Shown piece after piece: positions 1 to 12,700 of a stretch of DNA of 64,000 bases. Numbering within the stretch: position 1 is the first letter of the stretch; the number at the start of each line of letters is the position of its first letter. Source of the DNA: Guillardia theta CCMP2712 (taxonomy: Eukaryota; Protista; Cryptophyta); the NCBI RefSeq assembly GCF_000315625.1, contig NW_005434621.1, positions 268,246 to 332,245 of the forward strand, read 5' to 3'. The notes under the pieces were generated by a model. That model ran no database searches, had not been told where the DNA came from, and worked only from the letters and a program-made list of their open reading frames with translations. Made by a program: the position numbers and the translations under genes.

Positions 1-93
1 TCCCTCTCCTCTCCCCTCCCCTCCCCTCCCCTCCCCTCCTCTCCTCTCCTCTCCTCTCCTCTCCTCTCCTCTCCCCTCCTCTCCTCTCCTCTC
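1..93. repeat. (CTCCT/CCCCT)n pentamer microsatellite, probably intronic
   Basis: Seen directly; ends in a CAG acceptor at about 94-96. Confidence 0.9.
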
Positions 94-96
94 CAG

Positions 97-1128
97 ACCC
101 TCCTTCTCTGTGAATTCGACCGGATCCCCGTCGACATCTTCGCCCAACATCTGGACATCTCCCTCTCTCGCTCCTCCCAGGTGAAAACCTTTCCTCGACC
201 TCTTCGCTCCTTCTCATCATGTTGCAGCCGCTCGGGTGCTGTGGACTTTCTTCGACCTGCACCTGCTTGTCTTCGGTTAGTACTAATCTCTCCTCCAAGC
301 TTCTCATGCTCAAGTCCATCCTAAAAGCTCCTGCAGGTTCAGCTGACAGAAGCATGGTTTGAGGTGAAAAACCGCACGTATCACCATCACCATCATCATC
401 ATCACCACCACCATCACCACCATCATCACCACCATCACCATCACCATCACCATCACCACCACCACCACCACCATCATCACCATCACCATCATCATCGTCA
501 TCATCATCACCATCACCATCACCACCACCATCATCATCACCATCATCATCATCATCAATTCTTGTCCTCAACTCTCCACCCAGGTCGCCATGAACACCAC
601 ATCTATGCCTGCATGCAAACAGAACGGTGAGCAGAGAGGCAAACAGATTCAGCAGCATCCGTCTAACGTCTCTTTCAGGAGAGTTGACGTCAACAACGAG
701 CAACTGCCAGGCTCTTGTCACGATCACAGGTACAACATGACAGCCAGGCATGTACATCTCGTAACTAACATCTGACCTCTCTCAAGGAGCACGTTTCGAC
801 GTGTTCTCCAGATACTCCTGCTCCCTGCTGCTGCAAGATGGGACCAACGTCACGAGCACATGGGAACAGGTTCCAGCGATCCCAGAGGTCTTCACTTCGC
901 TCACTTTCCCCGATATCTGCAGCCGGCATCGCCGTCAACGGTCTACATCAAGGTTGACCTCCAAGGCGGTAAGTTGACTGTCTTAGAACCCTGTCATGAC
1001 GAAGGTTTTACCCAGGCGCTTTGACTGTCAACGACTTCGTCCTCCGGAAAGAGTCTTCATCCTCTTACGTCCCAGGTTTCCCTTCCCCACATCTCTCTTC
1101 TCAGTTTCAGTTGGTTTGCCCGACCTAA
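97..1128 (+). CDS. 3' portion of a multi-exon gene of unknown function (starts before the window), weakly IPT/TIG-like
   Basis: Hand-spliced exons with GT-AG introns (e.g. 969-1015) read ...GARFDVFSRYSCSLLLQDGTNVTSTWEQ/PASPSTVYIKVDLQG/GALTVNDFVLRKES...LVCPT, stop TAA at 1126-1128. The upstream exons are uncertain. Confidence 0.4.
381..557. repeat. (CAT/CAC)n microsatellite, likely intronic
   Basis: Seen directly; produces the spurious poly-His and poly-Met/Val ORFs. Confidence 0.9.
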
Positions 1129-1531
1129 GTTCATGTGCTATGTGTAACAATGTCTCCCTTAATTGCCGCGTCTCTGTCTCAAGTCGTCAGACAAGACCAC
1201 CCCACCACCGTGATGGGTGGTGATAACCCCTCTCTTCCCCCGCACTAAGTACCCCTTCGTAAGTGAGGGACAACTCCCCGCATTTGACCAGTCGCTTGCT
1301 GGGAGGGACTCGTCTCAGTGACTCTGAGTCTCCCAGTGACGGCGGCCGGCCCGGACCCGGTCCCGCCGGGCCGGAGACGCCCCGGGCCGGGCCCTCGCCC
1401 CAACTAGGGTTTGTGGCGCCCTAGGACGGGTGGTATCTTGTCCGATGGTGATTCGGGGGTGGGGGCTACCAAAAATGCGGGAAAGGTTTCCGAACGCTGA
1501 TACAGCTTTTGGCTAGCCTGGGCCGGTGAGT

Positions 1532-1659
1532 AGGAGAAGGAAGAGGAGGAGGAAGAGGAAGAGGAGGAAGAGGAGGAAGAAGAAGAGAAGGAGGAGGAAG
1601 AGGAGGAAGAGGAGGAAGAGGAAGAGGAGGAAGAGGAGGAGGAGGAGGAAGAGGAGGAA
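1532..1659. repeat. (GAG/GAA)n microsatellite
   Basis: Seen directly. Confidence 0.9.
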
Positions 1660-1751
1660 TCTGGCAACACAGTAGATAGAGGAGGAGATGGAGGAGAACA
1701 TTGACCCCACCCTCTCTTCATAAGCTCAAGAACCAGAACCCGACGCCCTAG

Positions 1752-1865
1752 CTAGGGAGCACCAGCGTATCTCTCTAGGGAGCACCAGCGTATCTCTCTA
1801 GGGAGCACCAGCGTATCTCTCTAGGGAGCACCAGGGTATCTCTCTAGGGAGCACCAGCGTATCTC
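1752..1865. repeat. 23-bp minisatellite, about 5 copies (CTAGGGAGCACCAGCGTATCTCT)
   Basis: Units start at 1752, 1775, 1798, 1821 and 1844; one C>G variant; no spacers. Confidence 0.95.
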
Positions 1866-1954
1866 GCATGTTGCTCGCTCTTGAACGGGACGTCTTGTTG
1901 CAGATATGGCCGGCGGTGAGGACATGAAATCCGTGCAGCTCCCTACCTTCTCTG

Positions 1955-3697
1955 ATGAGGATGATGCAGGAGCGGATTATAATCGGGCTGCAAGCATGCA
2001 GGCTGCTTCATGGCCTCCTTCTGTCAGCGCCCAAAGTGTTCATTCAGCCGAAGGACAGGCCAGCGAACGTGTCCGAGCCAGCATGTCGAGCTCAGGACGA
2101 CCTGGAGCGGTTCACGGGAGCAATTGATATCATCGAGCCCGGGAAGAAGGACCAGACCTTCAAGAAAGGACGGACGGACGGCGAAAGGTACCTCCTCCTC
2201 GACACGCTAGAAGTGCTTGCACCCCCCAGCAGGTCAAGGATAGCACGGCTGACCCTCTGCTCTTGGTTGCGCCCCGACGCTGCGCAGCGCCTGGCTCTGT
2301 TGCTTCCCTCGCTCACCAACCTTCTTCATCTGGACCTCTGGCATTGCGCCATCGGCCGCAACGGCGCTCTCACTCTTGCTGCTGCTCTCCCTCATCTCCC
2401 TCAGCTCAGCTTCCTGGGGCTTGGAGCCAACGGGCTGCAGGACGAGGGGTTCGTGATCATCGGCCCTGCTCTGCCCTCCTGCCCCTGCCTCCTTACCTTG
2501 GATCTTGCGGGGAATGAGATAGGAGAGCAGGGGGTAGTGGCGCTTGCAGCAAGTCTGCCAAGCCTGAGGAAGCTGAGTCATCTGAATCTGAGCTACTCTT
2601 TACTCCGTCCGTCCGGGTTTGCCGTCCTGTCCGAAGCTCTTCTTAAGGTGGACAGCATGAGGGAGATCGATCTAGCGCAGAATCGCATTGGCCAGCACGG
2701 CCTTGCTTTCCTCTCCTTATCCTCCTCCTTCGCCTCCTCCTCATCCTCCCTCTCCCTCACGCAGCTGCGCACCCTCTCACTGCGAGCAAACAGCTTTGGC
2801 GTCTCTGGCATCGACAACTTGGCATTCTTGATGTCGGAAGGGAACAAATTGGAATCTCTGGACTTCTCCTGCAATCACCTGAAGGTGGACATGAGCTTGC
2901 AAAGGTTCTCCTTCTGTATCGCCCAGTGTAGTCAGCTCATCGAATTGGACGTGAGCGGCTGTGAGATGAGAGGAGGAGAGGGCTTCCAGCAGTTTGCTCT
3001 ATCCCTGTCATCGTTCAAACTCCTCCGGTGCCTTGCCATTGGCTCCAACAACCTCGGGGATGCTGGCGTCATCACCATCTGTCGATCGCTGTCGCGTTCC
3101 TCAACTTTGACGTCCCTGTCGACCCCGGCGAACAACGTCGGGGTGAAGGGAGCAGAGGACATCGCATACTCGCTCTCCTCCTGTCCTCAACTTCACCTGC
3201 TCGACCTCTCTCACAATCGTGTGGGACTTGAAGGATGTACAGCCATCGCAGACCACCTGCTCTCCTCCTCTCTCTCTCACCTTCTCCTAGCGAACAACAT
3301 GCTCGGCAAGTCTGGTGCCCTCCCCTTGTTCGGCTCGTCTTCGCACCGGCTGGGCTGCCTCAACTTGAAGGGGAACATGCTGGGACAGGAAGGGGTCACG
3401 TCGCTGGCGTCTGCTCTCATCCACTGCCAGCAGCTGACGGAGCTCAACTTGTCGCAGAACACTATCAACGATGAAGGAGCGAGGGCCATCGCCACTGCGA
3501 TGACAAACTGCACAGCCTTGCAGCTGCTGGACTTGACGGTGAACATGATAGGGATGGAGGGAGCTAAGGCCATGCTGAGCAAGATCGCTGATTGCGTCAG
3601 TCTATCTCTTATCGATCTCCGACTCAACTACATAGGAACAGTTGGAACGCGGAGAGTTCGGGCGAAGAAGAACTTCTGTGATATTTTACTGCATTGA
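1955..3697 (+). CDS. Ribonuclease-inhibitor-like (NLRC3/RanGAP-type) leucine-rich repeat protein
   Basis: 580-aa ORF with many 28-aa repeats of the form LxxLxLxxNxIGxxGxxxLAxxL (e.g. LTELNLSQNTINDEGARAIATAM). A short 5' exon from ATG 1906 is possible. Confidence 0.9.
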   Translation: MRMMQERIIIGLQACRLLHGLLLSAPKVFIQPKDRPANVSEPACRAQDDLERFTGAIDIIEPGKKDQTFKKGRTDGERYLLLDTLEVLAPPSRSRIARLTLCSWLRPDAAQRLALLLPSLTNLLHLDLWHCAIGRNGALTLAAALPHLPQLSFLGLGANGLQDEGFVIIGPALPSCPCLLTLDLAGNEIGEQGVVALAASLPSLRKLSHLNLSYSLLRPSGFAVLSEALLKVDSMREIDLAQNRIGQHGLAFLSLSSSFASSSSSLSLTQLRTLSLRANSFGVSGIDNLAFLMSEGNKLESLDFSCNHLKVDMSLQRFSFCIAQCSQLIELDVSGCEMRGGEGFQQFALSLSSFKLLRCLAIGSNNLGDAGVITICRSLSRSSTLTSLSTPANNVGVKGAEDIAYSLSSCPQLHLLDLSHNRVGLEGCTAIADHLLSSSLSHLLLANNMLGKSGALPLFGSSSHRLGCLNLKGNMLGQEGVTSLASALIHCQQLTELNLSQNTINDEGARAIATAMTNCTALQLLDLTVNMIGMEGAKAMLSKIADCVSLSLIDLRLNYIGTVGTRRVRAKKNFCDILLH

Positions 3698-3786
3698 ACG
3701 ACAAACCAGAGAAGTTAACAGGAGGAGGAGGACATGAAGACGATGATGATGAAGAAGACAATGTTGATTGTCATGAAGACAGCAAG

Positions 3787-6700
3787 TCAGACATCAATGA
3801 TGTCTATGGTCTCCTGCTGCCATATGCTTGACAGATCTCCCAGCTTGGAACAATTTCTCATGACTTTATCTTTGCTATCACTTCAGCCCTTCTGTACAGC
3901 TCACGAACTTCTGCGATGCAAGAGGCCCTCGACGACTTTCCTTTGACGTCAGGCAGAGCCATCTCGGCTTTCGCTTCTCTTGTCTCCAACACTCTCACTG
4001 TCGCATTGTCTTCTTTCTGATCAGCGAGGAGGAGCAAATCTGTAAAGTTTGCTCCTGCTGACAGCATGAAGGATTTCAATCCCTGCGCTACTCGGAACTC
4101 GAGCATGAGCTTCTTGTGACCGCCGTCCGCTACTCTCTCGATTCGGAAGGGAAGGTACGAGGTAAAATTCGCAAAATTTCCCGTCCACAGCAGAAGTGGA
4201 GGATGTGCCATTTCTTGCTCCTCTTTCTCTCGTTCTTCCTCTGCCAAGTTCTGCAGACATGTTAGGATATGTTGCAATGATCTCTTAACAGCTCACAGTA
4301 ATGAGCTCGATGTTTAGAATGAAGACATTCTTTGTTTCTCCAACAAACTTGCTGTGCTTGCTCTTGACCTTGCTCCTTTTCAACTTTGCCGCAACGACTT
4401 CAAGGTATGCTCCACGCTTCCCCCTGCTCAACATTTAAGATCTCACAACATGCTCAGTTCTCGCTACGCACAGGCTTCGTTGGTCCGGCAGCTTTTCGAG
4501 CCACGTGCTGTCAGCTTGAGGAGCAGCCAGTCCTTTGATGATCGACTCGCCCTCTCCTCGAAACATCTTGTTGATGCTGTCAAGTACCTTTCCCGCGAGC
4601 CTCAGCGACAGAGGGAACCATCTCAAGTTGAACCTTCATGTCGTCGAAGACTCCTGCGTTGATCGATTGCAAGACTGTTGGAAATGAGAAAAGTTTGCCA
4701 CTCATTCTCGTCAACACGTAGATGTGATATCTAGCATTCTGTTTCGAAGACTGTTGTCACAAGAACAATCTCGGAGCAACAAGCTTCACCTTGGACATCG
4801 CTTGCATGGCCTTGCAGAATCTAAGGGCAGCCGAACAATCTTGCAGGAAGCTGAGCATGTAGGAGGACACAGTGGAGTTCTGTAAGAGCAGCGATCATAC
4901 ACGAGTCTCTTCTCTTCGACATCTGAATCACCTCAGCCTGTTCCTTTCTCTCTCTCAGTCCCTCTATCAAACCCTCTAGCTCGCTCAGCCCCCCTACCTC
5001 CACCCTGTCGAAAGGAACCTGCCGCCTCCTGTCAAGTGTCTCTCCAGGAGCTGCCTGTACTACCTCAAGACGTCTCTCCCAGTCTTCGCAGGTTGCTACG
5101 ATGTTGGACAACTCGAGCAAGTGCTTGGAAATCTCTCGCAGCTTCTCCGATATCGCTGCTCCCATCTTACCTCGTGTCAATCGAACATGACGTCTCTACC
5201 TGGGTCCATCGCGTTGAGAGAGAAGAAGCTATGGATCTCTTGGATCTCCTCGCTCTTCGCCTTTATGTCTATCAACTCCTCCTTGTAGTTCTTCAGCTTC
5301 GTCTTCATCAGCTGGACTCCTCCTGCGGTCACTTTAGCCTCCGCATCTCCTCTCGCCTCCCGTCACCTTCGTCCAGCGACAGCTTACTGATGGCAATCTC
5401 AAAGGGAATCAGCCTGGCACACGTGTCAAGCTACTTCCCAGCTCACGCCCACCCACATGTTCATCATCTCGCTGTCCGAGTCCAGCTGAACGGATTGAGC
5501 GCTCACTGCCTCCCTGGCTCGTGTCGCCATGTCCACTATGACCTCTCGCAGCGACCGCACCTGCTGCTGCCGTTGCAACAGCTGCTGGAAGCTCAAGTCA
5601 TCCGAGGACGCGTCTGCAAAGCAGTTGAGGGTGAAGTCAATCTCCGAGAGAGCGTCGTCGATGAGGACGGTGGAGGAGGCTCGCATGAGCTTGAGCAGGT
5701 TCGGCGTCCTCTCCTTGAGCGTCAGCTCTCTCACTTGCGTCTCCATTGTGTCTGTCAGCCAGTCCAGCTTGAGCGTCAGGGCCGTCGACAACTTCGAGCT
5801 GCTGCTTGTGTTGAGGAGGAAGTCAACGTCCACAGACTGCAAGTCGCGGTTGTCCGCCTCCAACAAGTAGAACTCTTGACCGAAGCAGAAGGTCGAGATG
5901 ATGTGTTGAGCTTGAGGCAAGATGAGCACCTCTTGCCAGTCCCCTGAGCTTGCATTCAGCACAAACACATCTCTCAGAGCATTCTCCTGCACGTCCATCC
6001 CCCCGCACACGAAGATGTAGTTGTCATGACGGCAGAGTATGAAGGCAGTGCGCTGGCAAGGAGCCTTTCCCCTCGTCTGCAGCTTCTGAAACTTCACGTC
6101 CACCTTGTTGGTGCGCAGAGACATATCTGAGTCCGACTTGTGCAGCGGCTTCAGCCCAGCAAGACAGACGTCAAGGTCGTCGCAGCCTCCGAAGATCACA
6201 AACTTGTCTTGCTGCAACGTGACACTCTGCCGCATCGTCCACGTGTTGGCGTACGGCACGAAGTTCAAGAGCGCAAAGACCAGCAGGTTTTCTTTCTGCA
6301 CGTCCTTGTGGATGCTCGCGAGCAGAACTGGCTCAGCAAAGTTCTCGTACCTGGGCCTGACGACATACTCTGAACCCGATCGGGACGGGAGGCGTGTAGG
6401 GTTTGAGGGTTCGTACGCTTCATACCAGCCTGCCAGCACGTTGTCTTTCATCTCCCCCAGCTCCTTGTCCAGCTCGGCTGGCGGCTGCCACTTCTGCTTG
6501 CAGGACCTGGAGCTCCACCCCCAGCCATCGGGTGTCGGGCGGACATGCTGAGGGATGTTGGACTCACCGAGGAAGGTCTTGTTGCTCAAGATGAGGAAGC
6601 TCTCGTCCTGCTTCCCGACCTTGGTCTCTCCTTTGAGCTCGAGGACGAACACGACGTTGGCAGAGTCGTCGCGCTTCCGGAGAAAGGAGCTCATCACGCA

Positions 6701-9700
6701 GACGGCGTGCTTGTCTGAGAGCGGCAGGACCTGCTCCACGTCTGAAAGTTCAAAGTAATCCCCTAGAATCTCTGCGGTCAAGAATCCTGTCGTTGCGATC
6801 CTCGACTCTGTTGTCACCATGGCTTGCTGCCTGGTCTTGTTGACCAGGAGGAGGTACTGACCGATGTTAGCGAATGTCAAGTTCTCGCTCTCCTTCAACG
6901 AGCTCTTCAACCCTCCGGCACTTGTCTTGACCGCGCTGTTCTTGGAATAGTACGTCACCATGGGAGAAGAAGAGATTTCAGTCGGTTCCGAGGCCTCGAC
7001 GAGCGAGATGGAGATGGTATGCTTGCCGATCTCGAGAGGGATCAGGGTGATCTCATACGTCCCATCCTTCTTGTCCTCGCAGGTGCTCACAACATCAGCA
7101 GAGGGTCCACTGATCGTCACCTTCCACGAGTCTCCGCCAGTTCGTCTCTTCTTCCCCTCCTCGTCACATGCCTGCACCACAATCTTGTTGGGCACTCCCA
7201 CGTACCCGCCGTGCAGCCCTGGCCCGAAAGCAAAACATCTCCCAGCACAAGTGTTCTGCTCATGGCTGGACCGCACCAGCTCTCGATATTCCTGCAGACG
7301 GGCAGCGACTTCTTCCTTGTCCTCGCACCTTCCTTCCTCCCAGCACCGGCAGGCAGCCATGATTCCCAGCTCCTCCTCCAGCCCGAGCACGTTCTTGGCC
7401 TCGAAGCACGAACGAGCATTGGACAAGGCGCGGTGGAACAGCTGAGAGTCTCTTGCGCGTGCTAGAGCCAGAAGCTCTTCGCTCACGTTCCCGACCCAGT
7501 CCCACAAGTCCTGACACAGCTTGTCCAAGGCAACATGCTCCAATCTCCACCTATTTGCTGTCCTGAACGAGGTCAGAAGCTGTTGTACACCAGTCAGACG
7601 CGAGTCATCATAAAATAAGATTACCGAGGACTTGTGCATTTCTATCTCTCGCTCGATTGCTGTCAAGGAAAATTCTTTGTCGACATGTTTCTTATACTCT
7701 TCAAAGGCGTTGAGAGTCCTGATCCAACATTTCTCCATCATCTCCTCGCGCAAATCTGTCAGGAACTTGGTGTTGGAGAAAGTATCGATCAGTCTGCTCC
7801 TGTTGGAATCCGCAGAGCCAGAGCTCAACGTCTCGATGGTGGAGAAGAGTGTTAGCTGAACTTGTATGTCTTCTCGCTCCAGTTGGGCCAAGACGTCGTT
7901 CAACTGCAGAAGAGTATCACAAAGTTTGCTCATCAACCTGATAACCTTCAGTACCTCACAAAACTTGCGCCATACTCTGTCGTCAGACAGCGAAGAGACG
8001 TCGTCAGAGATGTTGACTAGAGCTTCATAACAATCAATCAGAGCTGAGAAGGTGACATCTTCCCTTGTCCACTTCATCGATCTTTCCTCCAAGACAGGCT
8101 GCTGAGGTTTGTACTTGTTGTGATATTCATCAAAGACTGCTGATCTAGTGATGAATTTGTCGCTGTCCTCCTCTAGCAAGGCCAGTCTCATTGGGTAGAG
8201 CACTTGGAGATGAAACATGATCTTGTAGTGCGACAGTGCTGACACGTTCGAACTCCCGCCATGCCATCTCCTCTCCTCGCTCAGAGAGGCTGCGATGCGC
8301 TTGTAGTACCTCTCAACGTCCTTGTGCTGGGCAAACTTGGACAGCAGGCTGATGTCGTACATGCTCGCATGGTCGAGGCTGATCAGACCGTTGAGGCAGA
8401 AGGAGCTCCTGAGCAGCGGGGCCAGGAGAGTCACAAGGGAGAGGAGGCGAGAGTGAGTGACTTGGAGCTCGAGCAAGGGAGGGAGCTCGAGCCGGGTCAG
8501 GTGAGTGAGCGAGTGAAGGCTGAGGGTTTGCCTGTTGCAAGTTAGTCAGGGCGAGTCAACAAGGAAGTGGGAGCTCACGGAGAGCATGCGACGAGGACGC
8601 GGAAGACAGCTGCTATCACGACAGGATGCGTCTCAACGGTATGAGCGAGCAAGGGGATCATGTGCTTGACCCACAGCCCCTGCAGCTTCCGGGTCGGCGG
8701 CATGTCTGAGATCTTCTTGCCGCATTGCAGGGACAGCAGCGCGTGCGCGAGGTAGAAGCGAAGGTGGGAGGGATTGCCTGCCTTCTCCATCTTGCAAGCC
8801 CACTCTTGTATCCCCTTCCTGTCCTCGCTCAAGTCCTCGGGCACGTGCAGGTCTATGAAAGCAGCGACTTCAGGGGCGGAGAGCGAGGGGACCGGGAAGA
8901 CTTTGCTGGCTCCTTGAGGAGATTCAGGATCAGCTTCCTTCTCTCGGACACCCAAGAGGACGGTCAGCCTCGTCGGCAGCTGCTCCTGCTGGATCACTTG
9001 CTTGGCCTGGTTGACAACCTGGAAGAGTTTGACTCGAAACGAATCTCTCTCGACGTCTGCTACCACAGAAATGTTTGTTCCTCTCCTGAGAGCGCTGAGA
9101 ATTGCTGCTAGAAGTTCAGATATGATCGTTGCTGAACAAAATGAGCTGGGCTGAGTCCGCAACGACTTCATCTCAAGTTGCAGCAGCATGAGATAGAACA
9201 GGAAAGAGTCCTCGTAGTCAAGCTGATGTACGTAAACAACAGACAAGTCTTGGCTCCGAAGCCCCTTGTCTGACATGAGATGATTGGCCAGGTGTGAGAG
9301 GATGGTAGTGATGCCGCAGCCTCGCATGCCTTTGATGACGATCAACGATTTCTCCTTACACTCCATAGAGTTGATGTACTTCAAGATGTCATGAACAACT
9401 TTGTATCTCGGCTGGTCCATCAGCTCTAGAGCCTTCCTTGAGGTCGACAGCATGTAACGATTCTCAACTTCCATCTCAGCAAGTGCACAATGCGGCACAT
9501 AACACTTGCCCATGACAGGTTCGCACAACTCAACAAAATCCTTGAAGCGTTGAGCAAGCTCAGTCATGCTGTTCTCAATCTTCAGAGTGATCGGCTCTTG
9601 CTCCTCCTGCTGTTTTATTGCCATCTCCTGCTGCTGTAACTTCGCAGATTCCAACTTTTCGCTGATCATGTCACACAGCTCCTTGTAGTCTGGCTCGACC

Positions 9701-12700
9701 TGCAGCAGCAGCTGAAGGTCTTCGACGTTCCTTGACTCTTGTTCTATGAACTCGGAGAGGCTCTCGAGCAGCTGGGGGTTTTGCTGGGCTCTTCCAATGG
9801 TCCCTCGCTGGGAGCGTCTGTACAGCACGTGGCGAGCTCTAGAGCTCTCAGCTTGCGAGGGTTCCAAGTGAGAGGAGAAGATCTTCTCTTCATTGCCTTC
9901 AAGCGTCTCTTCGCTTCTCACTGCCAGCACATGACCTTCGAGTCCTCCCAGCATCATCGTCAGATCCTTGAAGCTCTCGCGCAACGTCGTTTCTTCACTT
10001 CCAATTTCAAAAGCGCACAAGTCTGCTTTAGACATGAAACAACACACCTGATCCAAGTCAGACAAACAACACCTCGACTCTGATCTTACCTTTTTTCTGC
10101 TCGACAACTCCTCGACACATCGACAAGATTCTTCTTGCATCACGTCTTGAGGAAGCGGCAGATGTTTTTGACTTGAAGCTGATCCTATCGAGTTGCAAAG
10201 ATCGCGAGTGTCCATGTTGAAGGAAACGTTTCTCTGTGAGCAGACAACTTGCAGACACGGGTCGAGGTATCTCTCGTGAAAGATTCGCTCTTCTTGGAAC
10301 TCCTCACCCATGAAAGAAACGGAGTAGGAGAAATGATTGGGATGGTTGATACAAACAGGTTGGGGCACGTGGGAGTGATGAGGCAGAGCAGTAACAGCAT
10401 GTTTGAGCACTAGAGTGTTGAGCAATGAGACTGAGTTACCTCCTATCACTCGTCGAACGTGTTGTGCTCTCAGGAAGACTCGTCTTTGCTGCTTCTCCGG
10501 CAAGAACTCCAACAGGACGCGGTTCCAAGTGGAAGAGATCGATTGAATCACGAAATGACGTGGATGCAGGTTGAAGAGGCTGAAGAGGTCGAAGCACAGG
10601 CTTCTGCACAAGGACTCCTTCGATCCGAACTTCCGCTTGTCTCTATCACAGAGAGCAAAGTCCAGGTACAGGAACACACTCCTAGCTCTTGCCTGCACCT
10701 CGACTACTCTCAGGGGCTCTAGAGCTCGTTGAAATCTTCCTCCTCGCTCCTTCAACGCGTTCAGGGTCGCAGGCTGCAGGCTGCACATCGAGAGTCTCGT
10801 GTCGGAACAGCTGAACCAGAGGTAGACCCTGCCGTGGTGCTGCAGCCCTCGCAGCAGCTCCCAGCTGACCCCGTCGCAGCTCCTGTCAAGCGCCGCTCTC
10901 ACCGTTGCGACCATGCCCTCCCCCAGCTGCTGACCCTCTTGCGCCTCGAGCATGAGGAGGAGACATGTCACAGTTTCCCTCTTGTCCTCTCCCAGGAAGT
11001 CTGCGGCAGCCACCAGATACTGATCCGCTCCCCCTCCCATCCGAACCTCCAGGGCTGCCAGGTGTGACCCTTCCCTGCTGGACCCTTGCTGGGGTGAGCT
11101 CAGCTGTTGCTGCAGCAGCGCCTCAAGTTCAGGGTCCATCTCGAGCAGAGGACGGAAGCCGAGCCTCGACAACCAGCGGAACCTAGCATGCATCCTCAGC
11201 GCCAGGAGCTGATGCGAGCCAGACGATCGCTGAACGTCTCGTCTCATCCTTGAGATCACGTTCTTGACATGTTCGACTCCTGCATTCTTGCTCTCTATGG
11301 CTAACCTGCAGAATGCTTCGAGGTCATCAGCGTCTCCTTCCAAGAAAGAGACAAGCAGAGCACAGGCTTGCGACAACTCAGATCGAAACTGAGCGCTCAC
11401 TCCGTCATGAGCTTGAGCAGCAGCAAGGCAGGACTGCAGGAGGAGCAGAGCTCTGCTTGCCCCCACCTGCCTCATCAGCTGCGCGAGGAAGATGAGGTTG
11501 CAGGTGCACATCTGAAGCTCAGACCACAGCCGGCACTCTAGCAAGACGTCAACAACCTGCGAGATTCTCGTCCTGCTCAGATACTCGAAAGTCCCCAGGC
11601 CCTCGGGGTCGGAGTCAGCCAGCAGCCCTGTGATCATCTTGCTTCCCTCAAGCGTCCTCACGTGCTCCTGCAGGCTCGCCTGACCTTTCTTCAGCGCCAA
11701 GATGATCTGAATGGCGTCTAAGTTCCTCAGGTTCCACGCCAGCTGCAGGGCATCCCACCCGTGGAAGTCTTGGATCGCGTAGTCCAGGTCCGTCTCCTCC
11801 AGCAACTTGCGGATCACGGGGAAGTTTCGCTCCCCGATCGCGTAATGGAGGCTGGTCCATCGGAAGGAGGGGAAGCAGACAGTGAGGTTGACCTTGGAGC
11901 TCTTGATCAAGTAGTCGATGCTGTTTCTGTGCAGAATCGCCTCCGCCATGGCTGTCCGACCCTCTGCGTTCAGCAACTGAGGGGCGATGCTCGCGTGCGC
12001 TAGCAGCAGCTCCATGGCATGGTCATGTCCCCTCTTGGCCGCGAGATGCAGCGCCGTGTCAAGCGTGTCAGCCGTCTGTATGTTGGGGTTCAACTTCCAG
12101 TACTTGCTGAGAAGCAGCTCAAGGCTCTCGTGGTGCTTGCTCGATCTTTGAGACACGTGCGCATCGCCCTTGCCCTGCTCAAGGAGTATCGCCGTGTGCA
12201 GAGCTGTCAACCCGCGGTCATTGAGCTTGTTCGGATTCAACTTGGGTACAGTGCTGACGAATCTGAGGCTGCTGATGGCGGTAGATGACATCATATGATG
12301 CAAGATGGTGTTCTGATCTGAGTCTAGCATGTTCACATCAGCTTTTCTCTTGACCAGGTACTCGACGCCCTCCACGTTGTCTGACGCTGCTGCCACGAAC
12401 AAGAACGGGATGTTCTCATCACTGACATCGTTCGGGCTCACATTCAGACTCTCAATAATCTCTTCCATGACCTGAAGATTTCCTACTCGCAGCGAAAGAT
12501 CAAATTCCACGTTCCTCATCGCCAGGATTTTAATTTGGCCCGACTCATTTTGAGCCTCCGTGAGAAGTTTTCGAGCTCTTGTCAGATGTTCCTGCACATC
12601 TCGTGCGAGCTTGTAGCTCTCTTGTACTTGTACATCATCCCCTGTGAAGCAAGCCTGCCTCAAGTTCATCGCCTTCAGCTTGTCAACCGCGATACTCTGC

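Noticed and set aside
310-630. Poly-His and poly-Met/Val proteins
   Set aside because: Translations of a CAT/CAC microsatellite lying after a GT donor-like site.
5036-7465. Plus-strand ORFs of 150-300 aa opposite the giant gene
   Set aside because: Antisense shadows; the recognisable domains are all on the minus strand.
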